From the IMG/VR virus record IMGVR_UViG_3300036944_001324, positions 62,001-126,000 of that record: 64,000 nucleotides of DNA, one strand, 5' to 3'. Each line of letters starts with the position of its first letter. Position 1 is the first letter of the stretch. Of this stretch, positions 53,849-63,832 are shown piece after piece. The notes beneath the pieces are model-generated. The model was not told where the DNA came from, did no database searches, and was given only the letters and a program-made list of their open reading frames with translations. The position numbers were made by a program, and so were the translations under genes.

Positions 53849-55852
53849 ATGTCTTCCAAAATTCCGTTTAACATCAAACTGCTACAGCTTGACGCTAAAG
53901 CTACGGTGGCGCTCAAACCTATCACAACGAACGACACGTTCGAAGGAGCCACCCGCAACTTTCACCCCAGTGGTTTGTTCTCAGTGAACATCTTTGGTCG
54001 TGTGGGTGATCCCTCACGGATGAAGAGTTTCGCCTACATCGACATCAAGGTACCGATCTTGCACCCCTTGGTGGTGCGGGTACTTGGCAAACTCAAACGC
54101 ATCTATCCTGAGATTCTCATGGGTAAGACCTACGCGGTCTGGGATGCAACACTCAAAGACTTCGTCAAAAGTGACATGCTCTCTGGTGAGACAGGTTATC
54201 ACTTCTTCATGCAGCACTTTGAGAAGATCCAGTTCCCGCAGCGCCTGTCCGATATTCGTGAACTGAACATCAAGTTCATCGAGAAGGTGCGTGGCGTGAA
54301 TGCGACGACTGAACGCATCATCGTTGCCCCGGCTGGTTTCCGTGACTTCATCATCCATGCGGATGACCGTGAAGAAGAAGACGAGGTCAATGCCCTGTAC
54401 CGCAAGATGCTGTCGGTCTCCAACCCGATCAGTCGCAGCGCTTTTGAAGCATCTCCCAAGACGTTCGATAAAGCACGCGCTTCCTTGCAATCGACCTTCA
54501 TCGAGATCTTCGAGTATTTCGAGAAAATGGTGGAAGGCAAGAACAAGCTTTTCATGGGTAAGTGGTTGACTCGTGAGATCGCTTACGGCACTCGTAACGT
54601 GATCACTACGCAGAACCTGCCTGTCAAGAAGCTCTTCGCCCCCGACTCACCCGGTTTCAACCACACGGGGATTGGCTTGTTCCAATACCTCAAAGCTTAC
54701 CAGCCTGTTTGTATTCACCAAGTTCGTGAAAACTTCATCTCCAAGGTGTTCACGACCCCGCAAGCTCCTGCGCTGCTGGTGAACATGAAGACGCTTCACA
54801 CCGAACGGGTGTTGGTGGACTCTGAACACTTCGACAGTTGGATGACACCTGAAGGCTTGGAGCGTATCTTCAACCTCTACGGTGAGGAAAGCGTTCGCCA
54901 TGAGCCTATCGTGATCGAAGGCCGCTACCTGGGTCTCATCTACAACGACGGCAAAGGCTTTAAGCTTTTCCAAGACATCGACGAGCTTCCAGAAGGTGCA
55001 GACCCTAAGTTCGTGAAACCCATCACGCTGTCTGAGCTGTTCTACATTGCCGTGTACCAATACACGGAAAACTACATCCTGAACGTTACCCGTTTTCCTG
55101 TGACGGGTTTTGGTTCGATCTATCCAAGCATCCCTTACCTGAAACCAACGATGGCGACGGTGAGTTTGCAACCGATGAACGATCAATGGGAGTTTGATGA
55201 GCAGCAACCTATTGCTTACAACTTCCCGGTCCGCGATAGTGCGTTCGTTAATACCCTGATGCCCGCACCAAACAAGCTCGGTGGGCTTAACGCCGACTTT
55301 GACGGGGACAAATGCACAGGCATGGGTATCTTCTCGCTGGAAGCTTGCGAAGAAGGTCGTCGCGTTCTGAAGAGCCGTAACTTCTACGTTCTCTCAAACG
55401 GCAAGATCGCCCACTCACTGAACACAGACACCGTCAAATACCTGATGCGCGGCCTTACCAGCAAGCCCCAGGCTTATCCGGTAACGGAAGCTTACCGGGA
55501 AGAAAATGACTCCACGTTCGAGCACTATGGTGAAGTGTTCAGCATCAACAAAGTGCACGAGATCATCGAGAAAAAGAAACTCGAGATTACTTATCTGAAT
55601 GCAAACAAGTCTTTGGCTTGGTTGCTCGATGTGCAAGACCGCAAAGGTCTGAAGTACGAAACGTTGGCTGATCCCGAACGGATCAAGAATGCGGATACCG
55701 AAACACCACTGATCGTGATCGATGACCCGCGCTGTGATTTGGTCGTGGCTGATGGTTTGCATCGGTTGGTCAAGGCTGTTCGTATTGAACACCGCACCAT
55801 GGTTCCTTGTTACGTCCTCAAATACTCGGACATTGCTTCCGCCCGTGTTTGA
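53849..55852 (+). CDS. rpoC: Virion RNA polymerase beta-prime catalytic subunit (phiKZ gp180-like) with C-terminal ParB/Srx-like domain
   Basis: HPSGLFSVNIFG, AYIDIKVPILHP, LNVTRFPVTG, and catalytic NADFDGD at 55289-55309. An extra ~120 aa carry PLIV...VVADGLHRLVKA. Confidence 0.9.
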   Translation: MSSKIPFNIKLLQLDAKATVALKPITTNDTFEGATRNFHPSGLFSVNIFGRVGDPSRMKSFAYIDIKVPILHPLVVRVLGKLKRIYPEILMGKTYAVWDATLKDFVKSDMLSGETGYHFFMQHFEKIQFPQRLSDIRELNIKFIEKVRGVNATTERIIVAPAGFRDFIIHADDREEEDEVNALYRKMLSVSNPISRSAFEASPKTFDKARASLQSTFIEIFEYFEKMVEGKNKLFMGKWLTREIAYGTRNVITTQNLPVKKLFAPDSPGFNHTGIGLFQYLKAYQPVCIHQVRENFISKVFTTPQAPALLVNMKTLHTERVLVDSEHFDSWMTPEGLERIFNLYGEESVRHEPIVIEGRYLGLIYNDGKGFKLFQDIDELPEGADPKFVKPITLSELFYIAVYQYTENYILNVTRFPVTGFGSIYPSIPYLKPTMATVSLQPMNDQWEFDEQQPIAYNFPVRDSAFVNTLMPAPNKLGGLNADFDGDKCTGMGIFSLEACEEGRRVLKSRNFYVLSNGKIAHSLNTDTVKYLMRGLTSKPQAYPVTEAYREENDSTFEHYGEVFSINKVHEIIEKKKLEITYLNANKSLAWLLDVQDRKGLKYETLADPERIKNADTETPLIVIDDPRCDLVVADGLHRLVKAVRIEHRTMVPCYVLKYSDIASARV

Positions 55853-55879
55853 GTCCCTTTTCCTTTTGTGAGTAACGAC

Positions 55880-56122
55880 ATGTCTGATACTCGTGTTTAT
55901 GTTCCTGCAGGTTCTGCGGGAGGCCACCCGGCTTTTGTGGAGCATGTTCCGTTGGGTCAAACCAATGCGAAGAACTTCGGCATTGCGGTTACTGCCCTTC
56001 GGCCCAACATCCCTGGCGTGGATCTGCGTCAAGTGCAAAGCGTCAACGGTGCAGCCGTTGACGTGGGTACTTCTGCAAACTACGTCGATATGAATCCCCG
56101 CACTCACGTGCTCAAGAAATGA
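55880..56122 (+). CDS. Small hypothetical protein between the two virion RNAP genes
   Basis: 80-84 aa; ATGA overlap with the beta subunit start. Confidence 0.6.
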   Translation: MSDTRVYVPAGSAGGHPAFVEHVPLGQTNAKNFGIAVTALRPNIPGVDLRQVQSVNGAAVDVGTSANYVDMNPRTHVLKK

Positions 56123-59100
56123 AACCATCTCAATCCATCGCGTCTTTGCTCGGTCGGGTAGATCCTTCTTTGGAAGTGATGATTACCCCCGAGCTGTTTC
56201 GCCGTCGTTTCGTTGTGTGGAAACCAGAACACCTGGTCATGCCACCAACACCGCTGATCAACCAGTTCGAGTTCCCCAACAACGCAGTCTATCACTACGT
56301 TGTCATGGACGGCATCCAAGAGGGCCCAAGCCCTACGGATGTGAAGCTCGCGACGATCGATAAAAAGATCACCATCGAAGCAGTCCGTCAGCTCACAAGC
56401 TCTGAAGGTAAACCAGCCCCGATTGCTGTCAACATCCAGTCGTCTGTTGACGCCTGGCACCGGTACAACAAACGTTTTCGCAAATCGCGCGATGCGGTGG
56501 CAGAAGCTCCTAGCGAGCAGACACTGGCCATCATCAACTACGCGTTCTTGCCGCAGCTGTACCGCTACACCCGCTCGATCTACACGGATCGGTATCGCTG
56601 GGTGAATACCTGGGCCACTGTGTTCAACAAGATCAATGAGATCTCCCAGACCACCACCCGCACGAACTTCATCTTCGTGGACATGCCGCAGCAACTACCG
56701 TCCATGCAGCGTCTGGAAGCGCTGACAGACAAACCTGATGCAATGATCGTGCGTACGCTTCCAACTCCAGAAGACTGGATGCTCTACGAACTGTGGAAAT
56801 GGGTTGATCCTGAAAAGCGTGGTACTAGCTTGCTCAACCGGATCGATCCACTGCACTACGACAAGGTCCGACTGGTGATCCAAGACGCTGGTCGTTTCAT
56901 CTGCTTGGACTTGGGTCTTTTGAACCAATGGCTGCGCGATCCGACGGGTTCGAAAGAATCTACCGGACGTCTGAAGCCAGTCGAGTTGCAAAAGCGTCTG
57001 CTGCGCGGCTTGATGGGGTTGATGCAAAATCGTGTTCCAGTCATTCTTGACGAGAACACTGGCGATATCGATCAAACAGCCATCGATGCACAACAGCAAC
57101 AAAACGATGCTTCTACATCGACTAACGTGGGTGACACGGAGACCACTGCGCAACGGGTTGAGCGTATCCTGGCCGAGCTCGATGACGACATCGCTCAACT
57201 GGACACGAACGACGCGCAGCGGATGAAGATGCTGGAAGAAGGCGCCATCAGTGCTTCACAACCGGCTTCCGTAGAAACTACGGAAGAAGTGAGCTTTGAC
57301 AAACCAGTTACGCCTGTTGACATGATCCGCAAGCAAGCGGACAACCTGGACAACATGGGTGTACTCGCACCGTCCGAGTACCGCAAGATCTTGCGTTTGC
57401 TTGATAACGGTCAGAAACTCAAAGACCCCTTCGGCGGTGACAAGACGCTGGTGGAGTTCGGTACGGTCACTCCTGATGAGACGCTCATCAAGAATGTTCA
57501 CCAGTTGCCTGACTCGGTAACAATCATCGACAAGAGCATGCGTGAGGCATCGCTCAAGGATTTCGACAGCAAGTACATCGATCAGTTCCTGCGACGCGAT
57601 ACCGTCGGATGCGTTGCCGCCATGCAAAAAGCAGGGATGATCATCTCTGACTATCAGGTAGAGGTCAACGAAGACGCTCTTGGTAAGTACGAACTTCACT
57701 CCGTTCGTTTCTCTCCACTGGTAGGCCTTCCTACCACGTTGCGCTTTAAGCTCCCTGTTCCGGACTCGTCTGGCAAGATCAAGAGCGGCGGTACGGATTA
57801 CCGTTTCCGCAAACAGCGTGTGGACGCCCCCATCCGCAAGATCTCAGCTTCCCGTGTGGCTATCTCTAGCTACTATGGCAAGAGCTTTGTGTCCCGTTCT
57901 GAACGCAGTACCTACGACTACGGCCGCTGGTTGCAACGTGAAGTCATGGTGCAGGTCATGGGTGAGAACCCAACCATCACCAACATCAAAACAGGTGACG
58001 TGTTCTACCGCGAATGCACAGGACCTCGTTCGTTCACGGCGATGTCTGAGCGCTATCGTGAGTTCACCTTCCAAGGCATCAACTTCAATTTTGATTGGAG
58101 CAAGCAAAAGGAAATCTTCGGTGATGAAGCTATTGCCGAAGCCAAGACTCAAAACCTGACCCTCTGCGGTAAAGACGCCAATGCTCTTTACGCAGTGGAT
58201 GTGAACAACACGCTGTACAAGGTGGAGCCTGGTAATTCCACACCTGTGGAGTCCTTTGAAGTGTTCCTTGGTCTGGAAGCTTTGCGTGCTCCCTTGGAGT
58301 TCACGGAATGCCGCATCATGGGCAAGAACATTCCCACTGGTGTTGTACTGGCTTACTACTACGGCCTGAGCACGCTGATCAAGATGCTGGGTGCATCGGT
58401 GCGACGTGTTGGCGCTGGGCAGCGTCAGAACCTGCAACCCAACGAATGGTCGGTAGCCTTCGAAGATGAAACTCTCATCTTCAACCGTGACGATCGTCTG
58501 GCCACGCTGATCTTGGCTGGTTTCCGCTCGGTTGAAAAGAGCACCAAGCGTTACTCGATCTACGCTTTCGACAAGCAAGCCGTATACCTGAACGTTCTTG
58601 AGCAGCAAGGTCTGTCCGTTCGTTACCTGCGTGAACTCGACAACCTGGACAAGCTCTTCGTTGATCCGATCACCGAACGCGTTCTCAAACGCATGGGTGA
58701 GCCTACAACCTACCGTGGCCTTATCAAGCGTGCATCTGAGATGCTGCTCCTTGACGAGCATCCCCGTTTGCTTGACGTCCGTTACATGCGCTGGCGCGGT
58801 ATGGAGCGTATCGCAGGTAGCGTCTACACTGAGATGGTGCGTTCTGTGCGTGAGCATGGTTCTTTGGCCGGTCGTAGCAACGCCCATTTGAAGCTGAACG
58901 TCTACAGTGTCTGGAAAGCCGTGATGCAGGATCAGTCCATGACACAAGTCAAGGACATCAATCCCATCAACGACCTCAAGGAAATCGAAGCCACGACCTA
59001 CGCAGGTGCTGGTGGTCGCTCCAGCCGTTCGCTCACACGCTCTGCACGTTACTTCGATCCAACTGACCTGGGTGTTACCTCGGAAGCCACCTCGGACTCC

Positions 59101-60372
59101 AAGGACGTTGCTATCAACACCTACACCAGTGCCTCGCCTCGCTTTGACAGCCTGGAAGGTACGGTCATGGAGCCCTTGTACGAGAATACACCAGCGACCA
59201 GTATTCTCTCCACATCCGCCCTAGTATCCCCGTTCTCCACAAACGAGGACGGAAAAAGAACAAACTTTATCTCAGTTCAGCAAGGTCATGGCATCCCTTG
59301 CGATAACTACAAAGTCTCTCCGGTGCGAACTGGGTTTGAAGAAACCATCGCACACAAAGTCGGTGAGAACTTCGCTGCAGCAGCCAAGATGAACGGTAAA
59401 GTGACGCGTGTACGTCCTAACGGTATCTTGGTACAGTACGCCGATGGTAGTACTCAAGGTTTTGAAATTGGTCGTCGTTTTGGTAATGCCTCCGGTATGA
59501 CCATCCCGCACGATCTTGTCTCCAACTTCAAAGAAGGCGACAGTTTCAATGCTGGTGACGTACTGACCTATCACAAGGGCTTCTTCAAGCCCGATCGTTT
59601 CAACCCCAGTCAAGTGCGCTGGATGAACGGTACGATCTGCACAGTTGCTCTTTTGGAGAGCCGTCAGACCCACGAAGACGCTTGCTCTTTGTCTTCCAAG
59701 TTCGCAGGATCGTTCGGAACTCGCATGACAGCAGTCAAGCGGGTTGTCGTGAACTTTGACCAACAAGTCCACAGTTTGGTGAATGTTGGTGATCACGTGA
59801 GTTACTCGAGCAGCCTGTGTGTTATCGAGGACTCCATCGGAACAGATACGTCGCTTTTTACGGACGAGACGCTCAATACTTTGAAAGCCCTCTCGGGGCA
59901 GTCTCCTCGCGCTAAAGTGACAGGACGCGTGGACAATATCGAAGTCTTCTATCATGGGGACAAAGAAGATATGTCCGAAAGTCTTCGCTCGTTGGCCGAT
60001 GTCAGTGATCGCCGCATGGCTGATCGCAGGCGTTCTGTTGGTAAGGCTGTCTTTACAGGGCAAGTGGATGAAGGCTATCGCATCGAAGGGGAACCTTTGC
60101 TGCTTGACACGGCAGTGATCGTTGTCTACATTACCCACACTGTCGGTGCGGGTGTGGGCGACAAGTTCGTGTTCGGTAATCAGCTCAAGACCGTTGTATC
60201 TGAAGTTATGGATTATCCCGTGACTGCCAAGAACGGTATTGAAATTGATGCCATCTTCGGCGCCAAGTCCATCTTCGATCGGATTGTGCCTAGCCCATTC
60301 CTCATCGGAACCACTACCACTTTACTCGGCATCATCGGCAAAAACACTGCCAAAATCTTCAAGGGAAATTAA
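56119..60372 (+). CDS. rpoB: Virion RNA polymerase beta subunit, N-terminal/middle part (phiKZ gp178-like)
   Basis: 1417 aa; GGRSSRS, DLGVTSEATSDSKDVA, EDGKRTNFISVQQGH, HEDACSLS, GDKFVFGNQLKTVV, IDAIFGAKSIFDRIV are RNAP beta conserved blocks. Confidence 0.9.
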   Translation: MKPSQSIASLLGRVDPSLEVMITPELFRRRFVVWKPEHLVMPPTPLINQFEFPNNAVYHYVVMDGIQEGPSPTDVKLATIDKKITIEAVRQLTSSEGKPAPIAVNIQSSVDAWHRYNKRFRKSRDAVAEAPSEQTLAIINYAFLPQLYRYTRSIYTDRYRWVNTWATVFNKINEISQTTTRTNFIFVDMPQQLPSMQRLEALTDKPDAMIVRTLPTPEDWMLYELWKWVDPEKRGTSLLNRIDPLHYDKVRLVIQDAGRFICLDLGLLNQWLRDPTGSKESTGRLKPVELQKRLLRGLMGLMQNRVPVILDENTGDIDQTAIDAQQQQNDASTSTNVGDTETTAQRVERILAELDDDIAQLDTNDAQRMKMLEEGAISASQPASVETTEEVSFDKPVTPVDMIRKQADNLDNMGVLAPSEYRKILRLLDNGQKLKDPFGGDKTLVEFGTVTPDETLIKNVHQLPDSVTIIDKSMREASLKDFDSKYIDQFLRRDTVGCVAAMQKAGMIISDYQVEVNEDALGKYELHSVRFSPLVGLPTTLRFKLPVPDSSGKIKSGGTDYRFRKQRVDAPIRKISASRVAISSYYGKSFVSRSERSTYDYGRWLQREVMVQVMGENPTITNIKTGDVFYRECTGPRSFTAMSERYREFTFQGINFNFDWSKQKEIFGDEAIAEAKTQNLTLCGKDANALYAVDVNNTLYKVEPGNSTPVESFEVFLGLEALRAPLEFTECRIMGKNIPTGVVLAYYYGLSTLIKMLGASVRRVGAGQRQNLQPNEWSVAFEDETLIFNRDDRLATLILAGFRSVEKSTKRYSIYAFDKQAVYLNVLEQQGLSVRYLRELDNLDKLFVDPITERVLKRMGEPTTYRGLIKRASEMLLLDEHPRLLDVRYMRWRGMERIAGSVYTEMVRSVREHGSLAGRSNAHLKLNVYSVWKAVMQDQSMTQVKDINPINDLKEIEATTYAGAGGRSSRSLTRSARYFDPTDLGVTSEATSDSKDVAINTYTSASPRFDSLEGTVMEPLYENTPATSILSTSALVSPFSTNEDGKRTNFISVQQGHGIPCDNYKVSPVRTGFEETIAHKVGENFAAAAKMNGKVTRVRPNGILVQYADGSTQGFEIGRRFGNASGMTIPHDLVSNFKEGDSFNAGDVLTYHKGFFKPDRFNPSQVRWMNGTICTVALLESRQTHEDACSLSSKFAGSFGTRMTAVKRVVVNFDQQVHSLVNVGDHVSYSSSLCVIEDSIGTDTSLFTDETLNTLKALSGQSPRAKVTGRVDNIEVFYHGDKEDMSESLRSLADVSDRRMADRRRSVGKAVFTGQVDEGYRIEGEPLLLDTAVIVVYITHTVGAGVGDKFVFGNQLKTVVSEVMDYPVTAKNGIEIDAIFGAKSIFDRIVPSPFLIGTTTTLLGIIGKNTAKIFKGN

Positions 60373-60375
60373 ACC

Positions 60376-62064
60376 ATGGCGTCCAAGGAAATCAACACGG
60401 CGGTGGTATTGTCCAACGCTACGCAACTCGGTGTGGAGGTGCTCATGCGAGTGAGCCGTGCCAACATCAGCGGCGCAGTCGGCGGTCAATTCCTCACCCG
60501 TACGGCCTGTGCGGCTTTCATCGCTCAATCAGTGCGCGAGAAAGCTTTCAGCGCAGCCATCACTGCCAAGCCTTACCAGTTCGGTAACGAGAGCCTGGGC
60601 ACGGAAGGCACCTGGGTGCCTGCCGCTAACCCCAGCTCGTCTACGCTGATCTCGACGTCGGCAAGCATGCAGCTCGTGAAAGAACGTGCTGCTGAATTGG
60701 TTGCACGCGGCATCAACCTGCGCGCCAAGGCCAACACGCCTTTGCTGGAACTGGTGAGTTTCACCACACCCACCATTGTCTCCGATGCCAACACTGGCAA
60801 CTACGACTTCACGGAAGTGCAAAGCTCTTCGGAGCACACTCCGCGTCTGGAGCAGACCGCCCAGTTCGTTGCTGACCGCGTGAGCGATCACATCAACTAC
60901 GCGCGCAACGTGGTCTCGCCTGCTCTGGAGAACATCCTCAAGCAAGTGTCCGAAGGTATCGAAAGCCTCGCGATCGATCCCTACACTGGCTACAAGGTCA
61001 AGGAACTGAGCTACCCGCCTGTGCTGGACTTGGAGCAATTCCAAGAACTTCTGCAGAAGTTCGACACCGGCACCAACGTGGTTCCAACGGCTTCGCTCAA
61101 GTACCCTGCGTACACCAACGAGCAGATCATCGAAGCATGCCACACCGGCTCGGCCAACATCGACTCGCTGATCGATGAATGGCTCAGCAGCCTGCCTGAA
61201 GGCAAATTGCAGTCCATCTGGCAGTCTGTCTTTCAAAACAAGATCGCTGTTCCACCTACTGCAGAGATCGAATCTCTGCAGGACATGCTCCGGGACTTCG
61301 ATAACGCTCTGCCCAACGCGGTGGTCATCTTCATGCTGGCTGAACGCCTGTCGCAAGACATCGGCTCTGACTGCGGTATGGAACTGGGTGAGGCCCGTGA
61401 TCTGTTCTTTGCGATCAAGCAAGCGTGCGTGACGGCCGTTCGTCGTGGCGTACTGCGCTACGAAAGCTACATGTCCACGAAGACGGTGGTGTCGGTCTAC
61501 GACAAGCTCACGCGCACTGTCCATGTGAACAAGAACGTCTACCGTGAGTGGATCGCTGGCGGTGGTTCCGTGGAAGTGCTCTTTGGCTTCCTCACGCTGG
61601 GCAAGAACATGACGTCCGCTTCCGAGCTGACCGCTGGCGCTGAAGAAGCCCTGGAAGCATGGCGTTGGCACTCCACGGTGCTGCAAAGCGAGAAAGACGC
61701 ACGTTTCACTGCTGAAGTCAAAGAACTGGCCTGCCAAGTCTTTGAACAAGAACTGAACGGCACGATCTCCGAAGGCGAGCAAGAAGCCTTGAACAGCATC
61801 AGCAACAAGAACCAGCTGTGCAATGAGTTCCGCAAACTCATGGGTGAAATCACCAGCGCACAAATTCGCAGCAACTGGAAAGACTGCGTCTGGCGTGCTG
61901 CTTGCCAAAGCCGCTTCTTCTACACCTCTGCTCTGGACTTCCTGAGCGAAGTGAACTACGAAGTGAACGAGCGTGCTTGCGAACCTCAGGACGCAGCCAC
62001 CAAGGCAACTATCAGCTACGTTGGCAAGTACATTGCTGACATGGTGGAAGTGTTCAACAACTAA
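60376..62064 (+). CDS. Conserved jumbo-phage protein (phiKZ gp177 position)
   Basis: 562-aa ORF with strong codon bias; synteny only. Confidence 0.7.
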   Translation: MASKEINTAVVLSNATQLGVEVLMRVSRANISGAVGGQFLTRTACAAFIAQSVREKAFSAAITAKPYQFGNESLGTEGTWVPAANPSSSTLISTSASMQLVKERAAELVARGINLRAKANTPLLELVSFTTPTIVSDANTGNYDFTEVQSSSEHTPRLEQTAQFVADRVSDHINYARNVVSPALENILKQVSEGIESLAIDPYTGYKVKELSYPPVLDLEQFQELLQKFDTGTNVVPTASLKYPAYTNEQIIEACHTGSANIDSLIDEWLSSLPEGKLQSIWQSVFQNKIAVPPTAEIESLQDMLRDFDNALPNAVVIFMLAERLSQDIGSDCGMELGEARDLFFAIKQACVTAVRRGVLRYESYMSTKTVVSVYDKLTRTVHVNKNVYREWIAGGGSVEVLFGFLTLGKNMTSASELTAGAEEALEAWRWHSTVLQSEKDARFTAEVKELACQVFEQELNGTISEGEQEALNSISNKNQLCNEFRKLMGEITSAQIRSNWKDCVWRAACQSRFFYTSALDFLSEVNYEVNERACEPQDAATKATISYVGKYIADMVEVFNN

Positions 62065-62080
62065 TCCCTTGGTTGTAGAA

Positions 62081-62127
62081 ACGGCATAACAAGGAGAGTC
62101 CCTTCATCGGGCTCTCCTTTTATGTTG
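62081..62127. terminator. Hairpin of the ACGGCATA...TATG family
   Basis: ACGGCATAACAAGGAGAGTCC-CTTCATC-GGGCTCTCCTTTTATGTTG. Confidence 0.8.
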
Positions 62128-62152
62128 CTCAACCTATTCCAAAGAGGAAGAT

Positions 62153-62881
62153 ATGGATTTCAGTCAATTGCACCGGGACGCAGCAGCAGTGAAGAAAACT
62201 CTGCTGATGACGCCTGGTGATAACAGCGTGTACACCAAGACGGGATGCAAGGTTTACTTCCCGCAGCGCTTCCTTGATCGCTCTATGGCGTTCGTAGGCA
62301 GTGAGAACTTGGTCTGCGGTATTGTGGCTATCGTGTTGGAAACCGGCGAGTACGCAGTCTTGTCGGTGAACGCCATGGTTCCGATGGAGCCCGACACAAT
62401 CGAGAAGGTTAACTACCTTGGTGTCGATTATGTGGAGTTTGGTTTTGAGCCCGGTGCTCGTGTCATCAAGACCCTTGATTTGGTCAAGAACGACATCTTG
62501 GTTTACCGGATCAACAACGAACTTATCTCCAAAGGAAATGTTCCTTGGTACATGGAGTACGACGACATGGCTGCAGTGTTTGATACTGCGGCCAAACATG
62601 CAGGCACCAACATCGCTGAAAACAGTGAGGTGACGGAACTCATCGTTTCATTGATCGCGCGTGACCAAGAAGATCGCACGGTTTACTACCGCTCGACTAT
62701 CAACACGCCAGAAGAGATGAAAGCCAAGAAAGTAGCATGGATCGCCATGATGAGCGCTGCTTACTCAGCGACCAATACCCTGAACAAACTAGGCGGCAGC
62801 TACTTCACTGAAGGTGCTTTGTCCGCTATGGTCTATCCGACTGAACGTGTGGAGAAGATCGAAGAGTTGATCCGAGCCTGA
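62153..62881 (+). CDS. Conserved jumbo-phage protein (phiKZ gp176 position)
   Basis: 242 aa, GAGGA RBS; synteny only, function not established from sequence. Confidence 0.65.
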   Translation: MDFSQLHRDAAAVKKTLLMTPGDNSVYTKTGCKVYFPQRFLDRSMAFVGSENLVCGIVAIVLETGEYAVLSVNAMVPMEPDTIEKVNYLGVDYVEFGFEPGARVIKTLDLVKNDILVYRINNELISKGNVPWYMEYDDMAAVFDTAAKHAGTNIAENSEVTELIVSLIARDQEDRTVYYRSTINTPEEMKAKKVAWIAMMSAAYSATNTLNKLGGSYFTEGALSAMVYPTERVEKIEELIRA

Positions 62882-62884
62882 GTC

Positions 62885-63154
62885 ATGGAAGACGCGGCTT
62901 TCGATCAGTTCACGTTCGTCATGTTGATCATGACGCTCAAAGAGATCGCTCACACTGAGATCTTTCGGACCAACCAAGAACGCTCTAAGCGTTTCGCCAC
63001 GAATTACCCGACGCTCATGGCGGGCGGTTACGTGTGTAGTTGGGGGGTTACCCTATGGTTGTTGTTTGACAACGCTCCAGCGGCCATTGCGGGCTTCCTA
63101 GCGGCATTCCTGTGGGAGGTTCTCATGACACCTACAGCTGGCCGTAAAAAGTAG
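62885..63154 (+). CDS. Small membrane protein
   Basis: 89 aa; LMAGGYVCSWGVTLWLLF and AIAGFLAAFLWEVL hydrophobic helices. Confidence 0.6.
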   Translation: MEDAAFDQFTFVMLIMTLKEIAHTEIFRTNQERSKRFATNYPTLMAGGYVCSWGVTLWLLFDNAPAAIAGFLAAFLWEVLMTPTAGRKK

Positions 63155-63165
63155 ACATACTACAA

Positions 63166-63204
63166 GCATAAAAGCCAGCCGTAAAAAGCTGGCTTTTATG
63201 CTGT
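63166..63204. terminator. Hairpin of the GCATA...TATGCTGT family
   Basis: GCATAAAAGCCAGC-CGTAAAAA-GCTGGCTTTTATGCTGT. Confidence 0.8.
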
Positions 63205-63220
63205 TTAGTAGGGTGAAGGT

Positions 63221-63252
63221 AACATTTTTCAGCGATACATCATCGATGTGTA
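63221..63252 (+). promoter_or_regulatory. Putative early promoter, copy 3
   Basis: AACATTTTTCAGCGATACATCATCGATGTGTA. Confidence 0.6.
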
Positions 63253-63271
63253 TTGGTACGTCTAAGCGTAC

Positions 63272-63305
63272 AAGCCCTGGCTAGCAACCAGGGTTTTTAT
63301 GCCGT
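63272..63305 (+). terminator. Hairpin followed by TTTTATGCCGT, just downstream of promoter copy 3
   Basis: AAGCCCTGG-CTAGCAA-CCAGGGTTT-TTATGCCGT. Confidence 0.65.
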
Positions 63306-63397
63306 CTAAATGCAAACTTCTCACTAAACGGATTTTATAAAAACCGGACACCTAATTGCGTGTGTCCGGTATGTCGTTCAATCATCGAAAGAAAAAC

Positions 63398-63823
63398 ATG
63401 CAATACTTGAATCAACTCACTGGTCGTTCTTTCTCTTTGTCTTTGGTGGTTTGTGAGAAAAGAGGTAAAGGGGTAATTGCCTATCTTGTTCCAACACATC
63501 TCGTAGGTAATCCCGTTATTGGGGTTATGGATAGAACGCGCATGACGCCGAGCGACGGAAAACCCTGGTATCCAGTGTTCGAGGGTGACGACCTTATCTC
63601 GGCGCTCGCTGGACTGGAAACTTCTATTTCTGTCGTACTCTCACGGACACGAAACGGCGAGATAATTTCCGTAGAGAAGTTCGCAGCGATGACGTGGAAC
63701 ACAGCAGTGTCCACTATTCAACATAACCGACCCGTTCTGAGTGTTACAGCTATTCTTAAAATGGAAGACATCTCACAGCTCATTCCGCGAGATAAGGCCG
63801 ACCCGCCTTCCTGCGGTATCTAA
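63398..63823 (+). CDS. Hypothetical protein
   Basis: ORF 63356..63823; likelier start ATG 63398 (MQYLNQ). Confidence 0.55.
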   Translation: MQYLNQLTGRSFSLSLVVCEKRGKGVIAYLVPTHLVGNPVIGVMDRTRMTPSDGKPWYPVFEGDDLISALAGLETSISVVLSRTRNGEIISVEKFAAMTWNTAVSTIQHNRPVLSVTAILKMEDISQLIPRDKADPPSCGI

Positions 63824-63832
63824 GGGGTTATC

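Noticed and set aside
53849-60372. Inteins or group I introns in the RNAP, helicase or recombinase genes
   Set aside because: No C/S...HN-C/S/T intein ends, no LAGLIDADG or HNH motifs, and no frame breaks; sizes fit the uninterrupted subunits as I recall them. The 84-aa ORF between the RNAP genes has no HNH pattern.
4152-63305. Dispersed hairpins interpreted as a CRISPR array, REP elements or tRNAs
   Set aside because: Not regularly spaced, stems unrelated in sequence, no cloverleaf or T-loop consensus; their position at gene ends fits terminator-like signals.
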